A stretch of 64,000 nt of DNA, taken from an uncultured Candidatus Binatia bacterium (GTDB taxonomy: Bacteria; Desulfobacterota; Binatia; UBA9968; CAXXLF01). Made by a program: the position numbers and the translations under genes. The stretch spans positions 96,001 to 160,000 of the forward strand of contig OZ244621.1 in the NCBI GenBank assembly GCA_965218425.1, in the 5' to 3' direction. How positions within the stretch are numbered: position 1 is the stretch's first letter; each line of letters starts with the position of its first letter. This document shows positions 18,470 to 27,986 of the stretch, piece after piece. The notes below the pieces were generated by a model. The model searched no databases, had not been told where the DNA came from, and worked only from the letters and a program-made list of their open reading frames with translations.

Positions 18470-19354
18470 TCAGGTCTTTTGGCTTGCCGAACGCCGAACT
18501 TCCGTCTTCTCTCCAAGCTCTATGGACATCAAATCCTCACCGACTTCCAAGGGGCCCGAATACTGTTTCCTTGTGGAAGGGATTAGATCCTTCAGCAAAT
18601 AGTCACCAAATAACAAAATATGCGTGTGGATTGCCAGTTTTGGCTTCGCGCGACTAAAAACTTCTCCCGCGCTCTCGGGTGTAGTGTGATTTGAGGCTAT
18701 GGTTTTGCCAAATTGACTTTTTTGCAGGAATTCGTTCGACATGCCAACCACTTCATGAACCAAGAGATCTACTCCTTGAGAAAATTGGATGACGTTCTCA
18801 TTAAACCGTGTGTCCCCAGAGAGGACTACGGATCGTCCGGCAAAGTCAATTCGGTATCCATAAGCAGGTTTGATCCGGCCGTGATCCACTTCAAAGGCGG
18901 TTATTTTTAGACCTTTGTTTTCGTAGACCACCCCACCGGTGAACTCTTCAGCAATCACCCGGATCCCTTCCTTTTGATAATGGGACCGGATACGTATATC
19001 AAACTGATAGGCTTGCTCGAGGTGGGACATCATCTCCTTTGTCCCTCTGGGTCCCCGAACCGGCAGGGCAACTTGTCTGCCACCCCACGCCTGATTAATC
19101 CAACCGGTGAGCCACAGGTCAGGGATACCCACCACGTGATCGGAATGGAGGTGAGTTAGAAATAGCCCGGTAATTTCTGAGAATCGGATCTTAAGCTGAA
19201 ATAACCTTTGCAATGCGCCTCGACCGGCGTCAAAGAGAAATTTTTCCGATCCGGCTTCAACGAGAGTGCATGGCCCGAACCGCTCCATTATTGGTGGAGG
19301 GCCCCCTGTGCCTAGCAGGGTAACTTTGAGTGTATCAGGTGCGCCGCTTGCCAT
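18470..19354 (-). CDS. MBL-fold metallo-hydrolase, RNase Z/sulfatase-like
   Basis: LLGTGGP, THLHSDH, VDH, SGDT, HE, HTT motifs. Confidence 0.92.
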   Translation of the reverse strand: MASGAPDTLKVTLLGTGGPPPIMERFGPCTLVEAGSEKFLFDAGRGALQRLFQLKIRFSEITGLFLTHLHSDHVVGIPDLWLTGWINQAWGGRQVALPVRGPRGTKEMMSHLEQAYQFDIRIRSHYQKEGIRVIAEEFTGGVVYENKGLKITAFEVDHGRIKPAYGYRIDFAGRSVVLSGDTRFNENVIQFSQGVDLLVHEVVGMSNEFLQKSQFGKTIASNHTTPESAGEVFSRAKPKLAIHTHILLFGDYLLKDLIPSTRKQYSGPLEVGEDLMSIELGEKTEVRRSASQKT

Positions 19355-19564
19355 TGCATTCTCCTCATTCAACTCATGAATATTGGGATCATTAATCTCT
19401 AAGAAATCCTAGAGGCAGATTCAATGCTTCCCAAAGAATGCTGGCTTCGGGACTTGAATTGCCTCTCCGTCTCTGCATAAAATGCGCTACATCGTCGATT
19501 GATCGTTCTCATTTTCTTCCGTCCAAAGCACCTGGAAGTTTAACCAAAACAGGAGATCAAAATT

Positions 19565-20683
19565 ATGGCAATTGCACTCTCGCACGGTGGATCAAATATT
19601 TACTCCTCATCATCACGATCCGACGAGCTTCTGGTTGGAACCAAGGAAGGTGTCGTTATTCTAAAACGGGGTTCCAGTACCCAGTGGGATGTGGCGCACC
19701 GCGCCTTGCCCGACCAGTTTATCAGTTCTATTATCATAGAGCCCGACAGCAAGACCATCTTCGCCGGCGCCTTCTATGGCACAGTGCACGCCAGTACGGA
19801 CGGTGGCAGAACTTGGCAGCGGCGGGATAACGGCCTGACGGTGCATGATGTCTATAGCCTGGCCTCGGTAAAGTTGAACGGCAAGGTTCGAGTCTATGCA
19901 GGGACAGAGCCCGCCCACCTTTTTTACAGTGAGGACCTGGGTCACCATTGGACAGAATTACCGTCCTTGAGATCCGTACCCAGTACACCCCAGTGGAGCT
20001 TCCCTGCCCCACCACACATCGCGCACACAAAATTCATCACTTTTGACCCTCTCAATCCCGCCAAGATGTATGTCTGTATCGAACAGGGCGCCCTATTGGC
20101 CAGCGATGATGCCGGTCAGAGCTGGAAGGAACTCAATACTGTTGGATTTTACACCGATAAGAATCGCCCGCTGGAGCATTTCTACGACGTTCACAAGGCA
20201 ATGATCCACCCGCACGATCCTAAAAGAATATTTGTGAGCGGTGGCGCTGGCCTGTACGTTAGCGCTGATGGGGGTGGCCATTGGGAGCGATGGACCAGCC
20301 CGGATTGGGCCACAGACGTCTATCCTGACGGTCTCGTCCTCAACCCAAACCAACCGGACACCATGTTTGTTTCAGCCGCAGAGCACAATCCTCGCACCTG
20401 GCGTGAGGGCAAAACCCCCGGCCATGCCGGGACGCGAATATATCGTACCATTGACGGCGGGCGCACCTGGAAAATACTAGGCGACGGGCTGGCAGACCGG
20501 ATGAAGCACGAAGCCGGGGCGTTATGTCTGGAGAGCCATGGAGAGTCGTTCTCAGTCTTTTTTGCAACCACTGGAGGCGATCTCTATTGCACTGAGGATG
20601 GCGGAGATCACTGGTCTTTAATTAGTAGCGGCTTGGCGCCCGTTTCGAAAAAAGGGCATGAGCGCCTATTGAGAACGGCGTAG
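19565..20683 (+). CDS. BNR/Asp-box beta-propeller protein
   Basis: repeated S.DGG.TW boxes, AGTEPA, WSFP.PPH. Confidence 0.85.
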   Translation: MAIALSHGGSNIYSSSSRSDELLVGTKEGVVILKRGSSTQWDVAHRALPDQFISSIIIEPDSKTIFAGAFYGTVHASTDGGRTWQRRDNGLTVHDVYSLASVKLNGKVRVYAGTEPAHLFYSEDLGHHWTELPSLRSVPSTPQWSFPAPPHIAHTKFITFDPLNPAKMYVCIEQGALLASDDAGQSWKELNTVGFYTDKNRPLEHFYDVHKAMIHPHDPKRIFVSGGAGLYVSADGGGHWERWTSPDWATDVYPDGLVLNPNQPDTMFVSAAEHNPRTWREGKTPGHAGTRIYRTIDGGRTWKILGDGLADRMKHEAGALCLESHGESFSVFFATTGGDLYCTEDGGDHWSLISSGLAPVSKKGHERLLRTA

Positions 20684-21055
20684 TACCAATTCGCGGCGTA
20701 GGTCACTTGGGAATGGGGCGTCTAACCAGCCTAGAAAATCTGCTTCACTTCGCTCTTCCTCGGGCTCATCAGCAGCGCTAACCACTGCCTCTGATTCGCA
20801 AAGTTTTTCCTGCTCCGGTTCTGTCTCCTCAAAAAGCCGTTCCATGGCCTCCCTCCCCTTGAGGCCTTCCATCTCGATCTTGAGGCGAAGGTTGTTGGTG
20901 CTGTCCGAGTGGGCTAGTGCCTGTTCCAAGCCGATCTTTCCCTCTTTAGTAAAGCAACACGGCGTGATCAAAGGTCCGGCATCCCTCATGGATACCTTGT
21001 TCCATGGCTTCCTTCAGGACATCCACCTCACCATTTCGAATCAAGTTCTTTTATA
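20666..21055 (-). pseudogene. PilU/PilT twitching-motility ATPase C-terminal remnant
   Basis: LIRNGEVDVLKEAMEQG...GCRTFDHA, frameshift, then EGKIGLEQALAHSDSTNNLRLKI; no Walker motifs left. Confidence 0.7.
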
Positions 21056-21181
21056 ATTGCGGAGCCCGGGTTGGGAAGAAACAATGATATTTTGTTGGGG
21101 CAAAAATTTCCCGATCTGTTTCTTCGAATATTCTCGGTCGTTTGCCGTAATCACCCAACGGCCTCACTTCCCCCCCAAACC

Positions 21182-21210
21182 TTGACCTAGTCTCTACTCT
21201 CATAGATACT
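21182..21210 (+). promoter_or_regulatory. putative sigma70 promoter
   Basis: TTGACC-N17-GATACT. Confidence 0.5.
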
Positions 21211-21225
21211 TCCAATTGAAGCACT

Positions 21226-21260
21226 GCAGGAAGACAGATCCCTGTCTTCCTGCTTAATTT
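21226..21260 (+). promoter_or_regulatory. perfect 12-bp leader hairpin (terminator/attenuator-like)
   Basis: GCAGGAAGACAG-ATCC-CTGTCTTCCTGC followed by TTAATTT. Confidence 0.55.
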
Positions 21261-21273
21261 CACGGGCTCGCCC

Positions 21274-21714
21274 TTGGAAAATCATCAGGAAATAGGACCA
21301 CGGGTCATGATCCAGCAGGTTTCTCAGGTTGCCGGCTCATCCCCTCACCTCTGGGTCGTGGCTTGGAACATCCAGAACGCTGGAGACCAACCGCTGCAGA
21401 TCCTAAATGCACAGTGCCCCCATGGTCGATTTCGAGCCGGCAGGGTAGAGCTTGCCGATTACCCAGAGCTAATGCCCGGTAAAAGCACACGCCTTGAGCT
21501 TGCGGTCACGTGCAAGGAGCCACCCGGCACTGTCGTGGAGAATACTTTTTTGATCCTCCAGGCCAAGTGGCGGAATCAACTCTGGCGGATATTGACTCGA
21601 CTGACCATGACCTTTGACCAACAGGGTGCCCCAAATGGATTCACCGAGGTTATCACAACGCAGTCCGTCGGGTTCTCCAAGGGAATGGGAGGGAGTGAAG
21701 ATCCCCTAGACTAG
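21274..21714 (+). CDS. hypothetical beta-rich protein (start may be ATG 21307)
   Basis: 146-aa ORF; stop TAG overlaps RBS of the downstream micro-ORF. Confidence 0.7.
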   Translation: MENHQEIGPRVMIQQVSQVAGSSPHLWVVAWNIQNAGDQPLQILNAQCPHGRFRAGRVELADYPELMPGKSTRLELAVTCKEPPGTVVENTFLILQAKWRNQLWRILTRLTMTFDQQGAPNGFTEVITTQSVGFSKGMGGSEDPLD

Positions 21715-21726
21715 GAGGGAATCCCA

Positions 21727-21948
21727 ATGCCGATGAATAACGAAGAAAAAACCATTCTGCAAAAACTGCGTGGCTGACATAACAACTGAGGCCTCGGCTT
21801 CGAAGAGACCACGGGTATGGTCTCCAACAGTCTCAATGTGGATCTGCAGGAATTGCTCAAGAAGTTGCAACGAATCAAGCGGGAATACGGTAAGAGCGCT
21901 GAGTTTCAGGATTGGCGAAAGCAAGTCCCCAAGGACTGGCCCATCTAA
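21727..21948 (+). CDS. candidate small selenoprotein, 73 aa, two in-frame UGA (UHNNU)
   Basis: AGGAGG RBS 21713-21718; TGA at 21775 and 21787; frame stays open to TAA 21946-21948; SECIS-like hairpin downstream. Confidence 0.7.
21805..21824 (+). promoter_or_regulatory. putative bacterial SECIS element
   Basis: 7-bp stem GAGACCA/TGGTCTC, loop CGGGTA; loop starts 22 nt after UGA2 and 34 nt after UGA1. Confidence 0.65.
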
Positions 21949-21969
21949 TTCCTTAAGATTAAGGATACT

Positions 21970-22737
21970 CTACAAGCCAGGGACGTCGGGTAATCGAACC
22001 ACGGGTTGCCGCACTTGGAGGCGGGATACCCCCGCCCAGAATTCTCGCTGTCTGGTCATGGCCTGAACGTGTCCATCCCACTCCAGGGTAAACGCGGTTA
22101 CCCCCAGTTTGACGGCACTTCTGACCTTTTCCTGTGTTACTGCATCCGTGGCAAATCCCCTGAGCGCGTCAATCTGGCGTCTGCCATGGGAATCGTCCTG
22201 TTCGGCATGGAGTCGGTAGGTTTCCGCCGCATGTGCTGGGAACTTATAATACCCCGTCAGTTCCCTGTACACCTTTGCGGCAACACCGTTGGTTCCACCA
22301 TGCTGACTCTCCACGAAGCTAAGCATGGCGATGCCTTCCAATGCCGAGCGTCGTTGACAGCAGCCGGTGAGCATCTCGATGGCAGCCATGGTCCCTGGCG
22401 TCGGTTCCGCCGAGTCAGCCTCTTCCCGCGCGATACCACCCTCCTCGAGGAACTGGAGTAACACATCGGCATGACTTTTGGGTCCGGACAGTTCTTCCAT
22501 GAAGTTCTCAAGCACCACATCCATGGGTCCGTAGTGTTTTTCGGCCACAGCGTTGATGGCAATGTAACCGAAGAAAATAGCATTGGTGCGAACCCGTAGA
22601 TAGTGCTGAACCTCGCCGAGGATAATCTGCTGACGGGTCCAACGGTGTTGAATGATACCCTGAAACCAAGGGTGTTGTTCCATGGGTACCTCTCGGGCGT
22701 AACTCCAAAGCTCATCTATGAATTGATCTGAAGACAT
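21970..22737 (-). CDS. heme-oxygenase-like diiron/redox enzyme (TenA/PqqC/CADD superfamily)
   Basis: HPWF, ENFMEE...SH, VESQ, HAEQDDSH motifs; AAGGAGG RBS. Confidence 0.8.
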   Translation of the reverse strand: MSSDQFIDELWSYAREVPMEQHPWFQGIIQHRWTRQQIILGEVQHYLRVRTNAIFFGYIAINAVAEKHYGPMDVVLENFMEELSGPKSHADVLLQFLEEGGIAREEADSAEPTPGTMAAIEMLTGCCQRRSALEGIAMLSFVESQHGGTNGVAAKVYRELTGYYKFPAHAAETYRLHAEQDDSHGRRQIDALRGFATDAVTQEKVRSAVKLGVTAFTLEWDGHVQAMTRQREFWAGVSRLQVRQPVVRLPDVPGL

Positions 22738-22821
22738 GGACCTAACCTCCTTGAGAGAGCAGCCGAGAAGCCGATTGCTCATCCCATTCTCGGTAAACGA
22801 CCCTCCTGATGGAAGCGAGCT

Positions 22822-23433
22822 TCAGGGTATTTCCATTCCGCGCCGCACTGCAGGACGATTGCCCATGGCCCTGAACCATCGATGGACGTTGGAAAATTCC
22901 TCCAGCCGGACCTGGTGCCACTCGAAGTGAGCCACCCAGGGGTAGGTGGCGATATCGGCGATGGAATAATCGTCCACAAGAAATTCCACTTGTGCGAGAC
23001 GCTTGTCCAACACGGTGTAGAGCCGTCTGGTTTCTTTGCTGTAGCGCTCGACGCCATACGCGACTTCCGCTGCGTGCCGTATAAAATGATGAGCCTGACC
23101 GAAGATCGGACCCACACCGCCCATCTGAAACATCAACCATTGAATCACATGGTATCGTTTCTTTGTTCCCCTTGGTAGCAGTTGATTGGTCTTGTCTGCT
23201 AGATACATTAGGATCGCTCCGGATTCGAACAGCGGGTAGGGTTTCCCGTCAGGTCCTTCACGATCGACGATTGTTGGGATTTTATTGTTTGGGTTCAGCT
23301 CCAGGTACTCCGGCTCAAATTGTTCTCCCTTGCCGAGGTTGATGGGATGAACTTCATAGGGCAGGCCCACTTCCTCAAGCATAATGGAGACTTTTCGTCC
23401 GTTAGGTGTCTTCCAAGAATAGAGATCGATCAT
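22822..23433 (-). CDS. glutathione S-transferase, YfcG/nu class
   Basis: TPNGRK, NPNNKIP, FESGAIL, QMGGVGP, SIADIA. Confidence 0.93.
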   Translation of the reverse strand: MIDLYSWKTPNGRKVSIMLEEVGLPYEVHPINLGKGEQFEPEYLELNPNNKIPTIVDREGPDGKPYPLFESGAILMYLADKTNQLLPRGTKKRYHVIQWLMFQMGGVGPIFGQAHHFIRHAAEVAYGVERYSKETRRLYTVLDKRLAQVEFLVDDYSIADIATYPWVAHFEWHQVRLEEFSNVHRWFRAMGNRPAVRRGMEIP

Positions 23434-23445
23434 AAAAGAAATCCC

Positions 23446-24255
23446 TTAAGTTGAAAGAAAATTCAAAACCTTCTCACAAAAAATTTTTCTAACATCCCAC
23501 ATCAACAGATGAGCGGCACCATCGATCACCTCCACCCGAAGGTCTGGTTCTTTTTCTTTTAGAATGGCGCACCTCTTGGCGGCAGACCCACGATCCTGAG
23601 CGCCATAGAGCATGAAAAGCGGAGCCGATACCTCCGTTAGGCGCTGGGACAGCGGGATCTGGCCCTTTTGTGATTCACGCGCCTTCAACCGCTCAAGTGA
23701 CGCCTCAAAATTTTTTCCCAGACTCATTTCATGTCTCTGTCGCAAGACCTCGGGAGTAATGAGGTCTTTGTTATAAAGGTTGCCTTCCAAAAGCCTCCTC
23801 GTATCCTCCAGGGTTGGCGAGGCTTGGGTCCCTTCCTCTCCCTGCGCTGGACCCCCACCCCCTTGATCCGTTAACCGGGGGAGGAGACTGCCTGTACCAA
23901 CCGTCACCACCTTAATGACGCGATCAGGATGCTTCAATGCCAGCCCCATGACAAATCCTCCCGCTTGCGAGTGGCCGATCATGGAGGCCTGCCGGATCCC
24001 AAGGACATCCATGAATTTAACAACAAAGGCTTCCCTGTAGGAAGGTCGGTAGTCTTTTGGATTATCGGAATGACCGTAGCCGGGTTGGTCATAGGCAATA
24101 GCGCGAAACCCGCCCTGAGCCAAGGCGCCCAACGTATCCTTCCAAACGTCAGCGGAAGAGCCCAAGGATGCGCCATGAAGTAACACCACGGGTGTGCCGG
24201 AGCCTTGCTCCAAATATCGGATTTTTAATCCATCAACTTGAAGAGAGTTTTCCAT
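23446..24255 (-). CDS. alpha/beta hydrolase
   Basis: LLHG, DQPGYGHS, GHSQAG nucleophile elbow, AAH. Confidence 0.92.
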   Translation of the reverse strand: MENSLQVDGLKIRYLEQGSGTPVVLLHGASLGSSADVWKDTLGALAQGGFRAIAYDQPGYGHSDNPKDYRPSYREAFVVKFMDVLGIRQASMIGHSQAGGFVMGLALKHPDRVIKVVTVGTGSLLPRLTDQGGGGPAQGEEGTQASPTLEDTRRLLEGNLYNKDLITPEVLRQRHEMSLGKNFEASLERLKARESQKGQIPLSQRLTEVSAPLFMLYGAQDRGSAAKRCAILKEKEPDLRVEVIDGAAHLLMWDVRKIFCEKVLNFLST

Positions 24256-24468
24256 AGGATCTCCTGAGTTGATTATTGACCTCAATGTCTTAAGGCTTAA
24301 TACCGCTATCCCCATCTTGAATCAATACCCTTCTTAGAGACGTGGTTTGCCGATTTCTTTCGAGGTTCGGGAGTCCGCGGCGAGCCTTGACCCCGGCTTG
24401 ACTTCACCTCCGTCCGAAGATAAAAGGGATGGCGCCCACAACCCGCCCAACAAGAAGGAGACCTCTCA

Positions 24469-25686
24469 ATGGCAACTCTCGGAGCGGACCTTCGCAAGAT
24501 GCAAGATGAGTGTCACACCGAGAAGACCCGTCTCATCGGCCATCACGATCTGGACGGCAGCGGCGATGGGATGCAGGTTATCAAATATGGAAAATACGCC
24601 TATGTTGCCCATGTAGGGACAAGCAAAATGGCCCTGTCGATTCTGGATGTTTCCGATCCGGAGAACCCGCGCCTGCTCCGCCAGATTCCCCATCCTCCCA
24701 ATACCCACAACCACAAGGTACAGATCGTAGGCAACACGCTAATCCAAAACAGCGAATTTATTTCCTACATTCCCAGGAGCGGGCCCGAGCAACCAGTAAC
24801 TGGTCTCAACGTGTACAGTATTGACGATCCCACCGATCCAAAACAGATTGCCTTTTACCCCGTCCCAATGCGCGGGGTTCACAGAATCTGGTTTCGAGAG
24901 GCACCCTACGCCCACATCGCCGCCCCAACCCCCGGCACGAAAACCCGCGGCTACCATATCGTGGACCTCTCGAAGCCGTCGGAGCCAAGGATGGCGGGTT
25001 GCTGGTGGCTGCCGGGCGCGAGAGAGGATGACCCCGAAAAATGGGAGGCCCTCGACCCCGGCCATGACCACTTTCAGGTGCACGGCGCTATCCCCAACGG
25101 AAATCGCGCCTATGTATCTTGTACCGACGCCGGGATGAGCATTGTGGACATCAGCAATGTCGGTTCCCCGAAACTTATCAGTCACATCAACTGGAGCCCA
25201 CCCTATGGCGGCTACGCGCACACCTCCTTGCCGCTCCCCGGGCGAGGACTCCTCATTGAGGTTTGTGAGTGGTTATCCGGCGGCCTCGAAAAGAATGGCG
25301 ACAAGCGGATCTGGGTCATGGACATCCGCGACGAGCGTCAGCCGGTGATGATCAGCAGTTTCCCAAAGCCAAAACCTCCAAGGAATTCACCCTGGGAGAG
25401 CTTTCACAACCGTCCGCTGCGCTTCGGCCCGCATAATGTGCACGAGAACTACCCCCATAGCTTTAAAAGCGAGCAACTCATATTCTCCACCTGGTTTAAT
25501 GCCGGGATGCGAATTACGGACATCAGCGATGCGGACAGGCCATCGGAAGTGGGGTACTTCATACCGCCGCCTCCACCGGGAGAAGAATCTCCTGAAACCA
25601 ACGACCTCTTTGTTGATACCGACAATCTCATCTACCTCACGGACAGACGTCGAGGCGGAATGTACATTGTGGAATACACCGGCTAA
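24469..25686 (+). CDS. LVIVD-repeat beta-propeller protein
   Basis: ILDVSDP, IVDLSKP, IVDISN repeats; FGPHNVHE. Confidence 0.85.
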   Translation: MATLGADLRKMQDECHTEKTRLIGHHDLDGSGDGMQVIKYGKYAYVAHVGTSKMALSILDVSDPENPRLLRQIPHPPNTHNHKVQIVGNTLIQNSEFISYIPRSGPEQPVTGLNVYSIDDPTDPKQIAFYPVPMRGVHRIWFREAPYAHIAAPTPGTKTRGYHIVDLSKPSEPRMAGCWWLPGAREDDPEKWEALDPGHDHFQVHGAIPNGNRAYVSCTDAGMSIVDISNVGSPKLISHINWSPPYGGYAHTSLPLPGRGLLIEVCEWLSGGLEKNGDKRIWVMDIRDERQPVMISSFPKPKPPRNSPWESFHNRPLRFGPHNVHENYPHSFKSEQLIFSTWFNAGMRITDISDADRPSEVGYFIPPPPPGEESPETNDLFVDTDNLIYLTDRRRGGMYIVEYTG

Positions 25687-25832
25687 CGGCTTCGTGAGTT
25701 GAAGCGCCGTGGCAAGTCCCCCTTGGATTCCTATATTTACGGAAGTCTCCGCAGCTAGGATCCCCCTTGACCACATCCTTGGCTCGTGATTTTATTCTTT
25801 TAAGTTACAGGTAACCGGAGGAGGCCTGAACC

Positions 25833-26867
25833 ATGACAGCAAAAAAACAGATGTACATAGGGACGGAGGCTGGAGTCGTTGTGATGTCACACGAGAACGG
25901 CTGCTGGAACCAGCGAGGGGGCGGACTCAAAGGCAAAGCCATTAACGTCCTGTTGGCATCCGGTGACGCCGGCGTTGTTTATGGATGCACCCCAAAGGAT
26001 GGATTATTCGTATCGAAGGACGGCGGAGAGTCCTGGGATCTGGCTTTTTCGGGAAAAGTACACACCATGGCCTTGGATCCCAGCAACCCAAAAGTGATCT
26101 ATGCCGGCACCGAGCCCATTCGCTTGCTCCGGTCTGATAACATGGGTAACAGCTGGACCGAGATTGAAGGCTTACAGCACGTGCCGGAAGAGGCACGTGA
26201 CAGATGGTGGTTTCCCATCTACCCCCACGAATCCCATGTACGGAGCATTTTCGTCGATTGGCATAACCCGAAAATCCTCTGTGTGGGCCTTGAGCACGGG
26301 GGAATCTTCCGAACCGAAGACGGGGGCGAGAACTGGGAAAATCTCTCCGCCGGCATTGAGTACCTCGACATTCACATGGTCATGGGAGATCCCCTTCAGG
26401 AAAATTTGTACTATGCGGCAACCGCACGGGGTTTTTACCGCAGCGATCAATTCGGACGCCAATGGATCTCTTCCGCAGACGGAGTTTCCCGGGACTACTT
26501 CCACGATTTTGTTGCACTACCGGGAGCCGTTTCCACCTTATTAGTGGCAACGGCCAACGGCACACCGCCGGCATGGTTGCGACCCGGTAAGGCCCAATCT
26601 GCGATCTTCCGTAGCAACGACTGCGGAGAGTCCTGGCACCAGTTGGGCGGCGGTCTACCGGACAGCATGGAACGTATGGTTTGGACCATTGTTCGCGACC
26701 CATGGGACAATGACTCCGTCTACGCGAGCATTGGCGACTACAGCCCCAACCTTTCCGAGGGTGAGACCGGCTACAGGGAGGTGTGGACCAGCCACGACCG
26801 TGGCGAACACTGGAAGGAACTCTACAAAGGCCCAAGTCCAATTCGCTCGGTCTGCGTTGGGCTCTAG
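25833..26867 (+). CDS. BNR/Asp-box beta-propeller protein (paralog of 19565)
   Basis: SKDGGESW, TEDGGENW, AGTEP, WWFP..PH. Confidence 0.85.
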   Translation: MTAKKQMYIGTEAGVVVMSHENGCWNQRGGGLKGKAINVLLASGDAGVVYGCTPKDGLFVSKDGGESWDLAFSGKVHTMALDPSNPKVIYAGTEPIRLLRSDNMGNSWTEIEGLQHVPEEARDRWWFPIYPHESHVRSIFVDWHNPKILCVGLEHGGIFRTEDGGENWENLSAGIEYLDIHMVMGDPLQENLYYAATARGFYRSDQFGRQWISSADGVSRDYFHDFVALPGAVSTLLVATANGTPPAWLRPGKAQSAIFRSNDCGESWHQLGGGLPDSMERMVWTIVRDPWDNDSVYASIGDYSPNLSEGETGYREVWTSHDRGEHWKELYKGPSPIRSVCVGL

Positions 26868-26919
26868 TGAGTTGCAATGAGCGGTAGCGTACTAATACGG
26901 AATAAAGCACTAGTGCGAG

Positions 26920-27810
26920 ATGAGTAACGCCACCAACCCTAAGGTCCCATGGTCTCCTCCAGGTGATGATGAGCTCACCTGGTTTCCCGCCAAGGGTAAA
27001 TTACCGTTAACCCCCGGCCCTCTGGAATATACCGTAGAGGTGGACGCCCTCTTTTTCGGGTTGACCCGCGCACTGGAAAGCCTCGAATTTCCTTTGACTG
27101 AAGTCCGGTCCCGGCTGGTTGAGGGTCGATTGTACATCGCGGTAGCCCCGTCTGGCGACGCCGAGAAAGACATGCCCCGCCGGTTGCAAAGGGTCGTGGA
27201 CTTGAGTCTCCGCTACACCAGGGATATCCGAGGGTCCTGGCAGCAACAGGTCCGGCCCAAGGTCAAAGATTATAACCGGTGGATGGCGGAGTTCGAAAGC
27301 AACAGCCCATCCGCCAAGGAGCTGGCCGAGCAGGTCCGACAGCTTCGGTGGGTGCGAGGTAATCAGTGGTTCAATATCTTTCGCCCCGTGGTTGCACCCA
27401 CAGCCCTTATGCAGCATTGGGCCAACGAGGCCATAAAAATAAAGGGAAGTGACAGCGAGGAAGCCCGATCCGCGGTGGAGGCGGCAGAGGATGCCGCTTC
27501 GGTTGCCAAGGAAGCCATGGGCGCCGTCGAGCGTGGTCGAACCCTCCTCTTATCGACGCTCCGAGGGGTGGGGGACCGTCTAGGCCACCTAGGATCACTT
27601 AAGGAACGGGAGGATGTTTTTTGGCTTCAATGGATGGAAGTTCGTAACACTTTGGCAAATGGCGGAGATGCCAAAGCCCTCGTGGTCAAACGAAAATCAG
27701 AAGCCGCTCAGCTAGGCGAAGCCAGTCCACCCACGACCCTAGGACCCCACCTACCGGATGATGCCCCGAGGATGTACCTCATCCGAGAAATTTTCGCTCT
27801 GCTGAGCTAG
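26920..27810 (+). CDS. hypothetical protein resembling the helical region of PEP-utilising/rifampicin phosphotransferase-like proteins
   Basis: G.RL...G.L...EDVFWL...E and PPTTLG; no ATP-grasp or phospho-His domain visible. Confidence 0.55.
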   Translation: MSNATNPKVPWSPPGDDELTWFPAKGKLPLTPGPLEYTVEVDALFFGLTRALESLEFPLTEVRSRLVEGRLYIAVAPSGDAEKDMPRRLQRVVDLSLRYTRDIRGSWQQQVRPKVKDYNRWMAEFESNSPSAKELAEQVRQLRWVRGNQWFNIFRPVVAPTALMQHWANEAIKIKGSDSEEARSAVEAAEDAASVAKEAMGAVERGRTLLLSTLRGVGDRLGHLGSLKEREDVFWLQWMEVRNTLANGGDAKALVVKRKSEAAQLGEASPPTTLGPHLPDDAPRMYLIREIFALLS

Positions 27811-27912
27811 GATGGCCCCGGGCAATTGCCTGGGCACAACCCCCATATTGCGCCCAAGGAAAGTTTGTATTTCAAAACAAACATGGTAAGAATATCTACT
27901 CCCAAATAATCA

Positions 27913-27986
27913 GAGCCGTTAGCTCAGCCTGGTAGAGCATCTGCCTTTTAAGCAGAGGGTCGTTGGTTCGAGTCCAACACGGCTCA
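27913..27986 (+). tRNA. tRNA-Lys (TTT)
   Basis: acceptor GAGCCGT/ACGGCTC, anticodon arm TCTGC-CTTTTAA-GCAGA, GGTTCGAGTCC; followed by TCA, not CCA. Confidence 0.96.

Noticed and set aside
21770..22066. 98-aa ORF-track call overlapping the UGA microprotein
   Set aside because: No RBS, overlaps the convergent gene, unnatural composition; the UGA frame has the RBS and an amphipathic-helix pattern.
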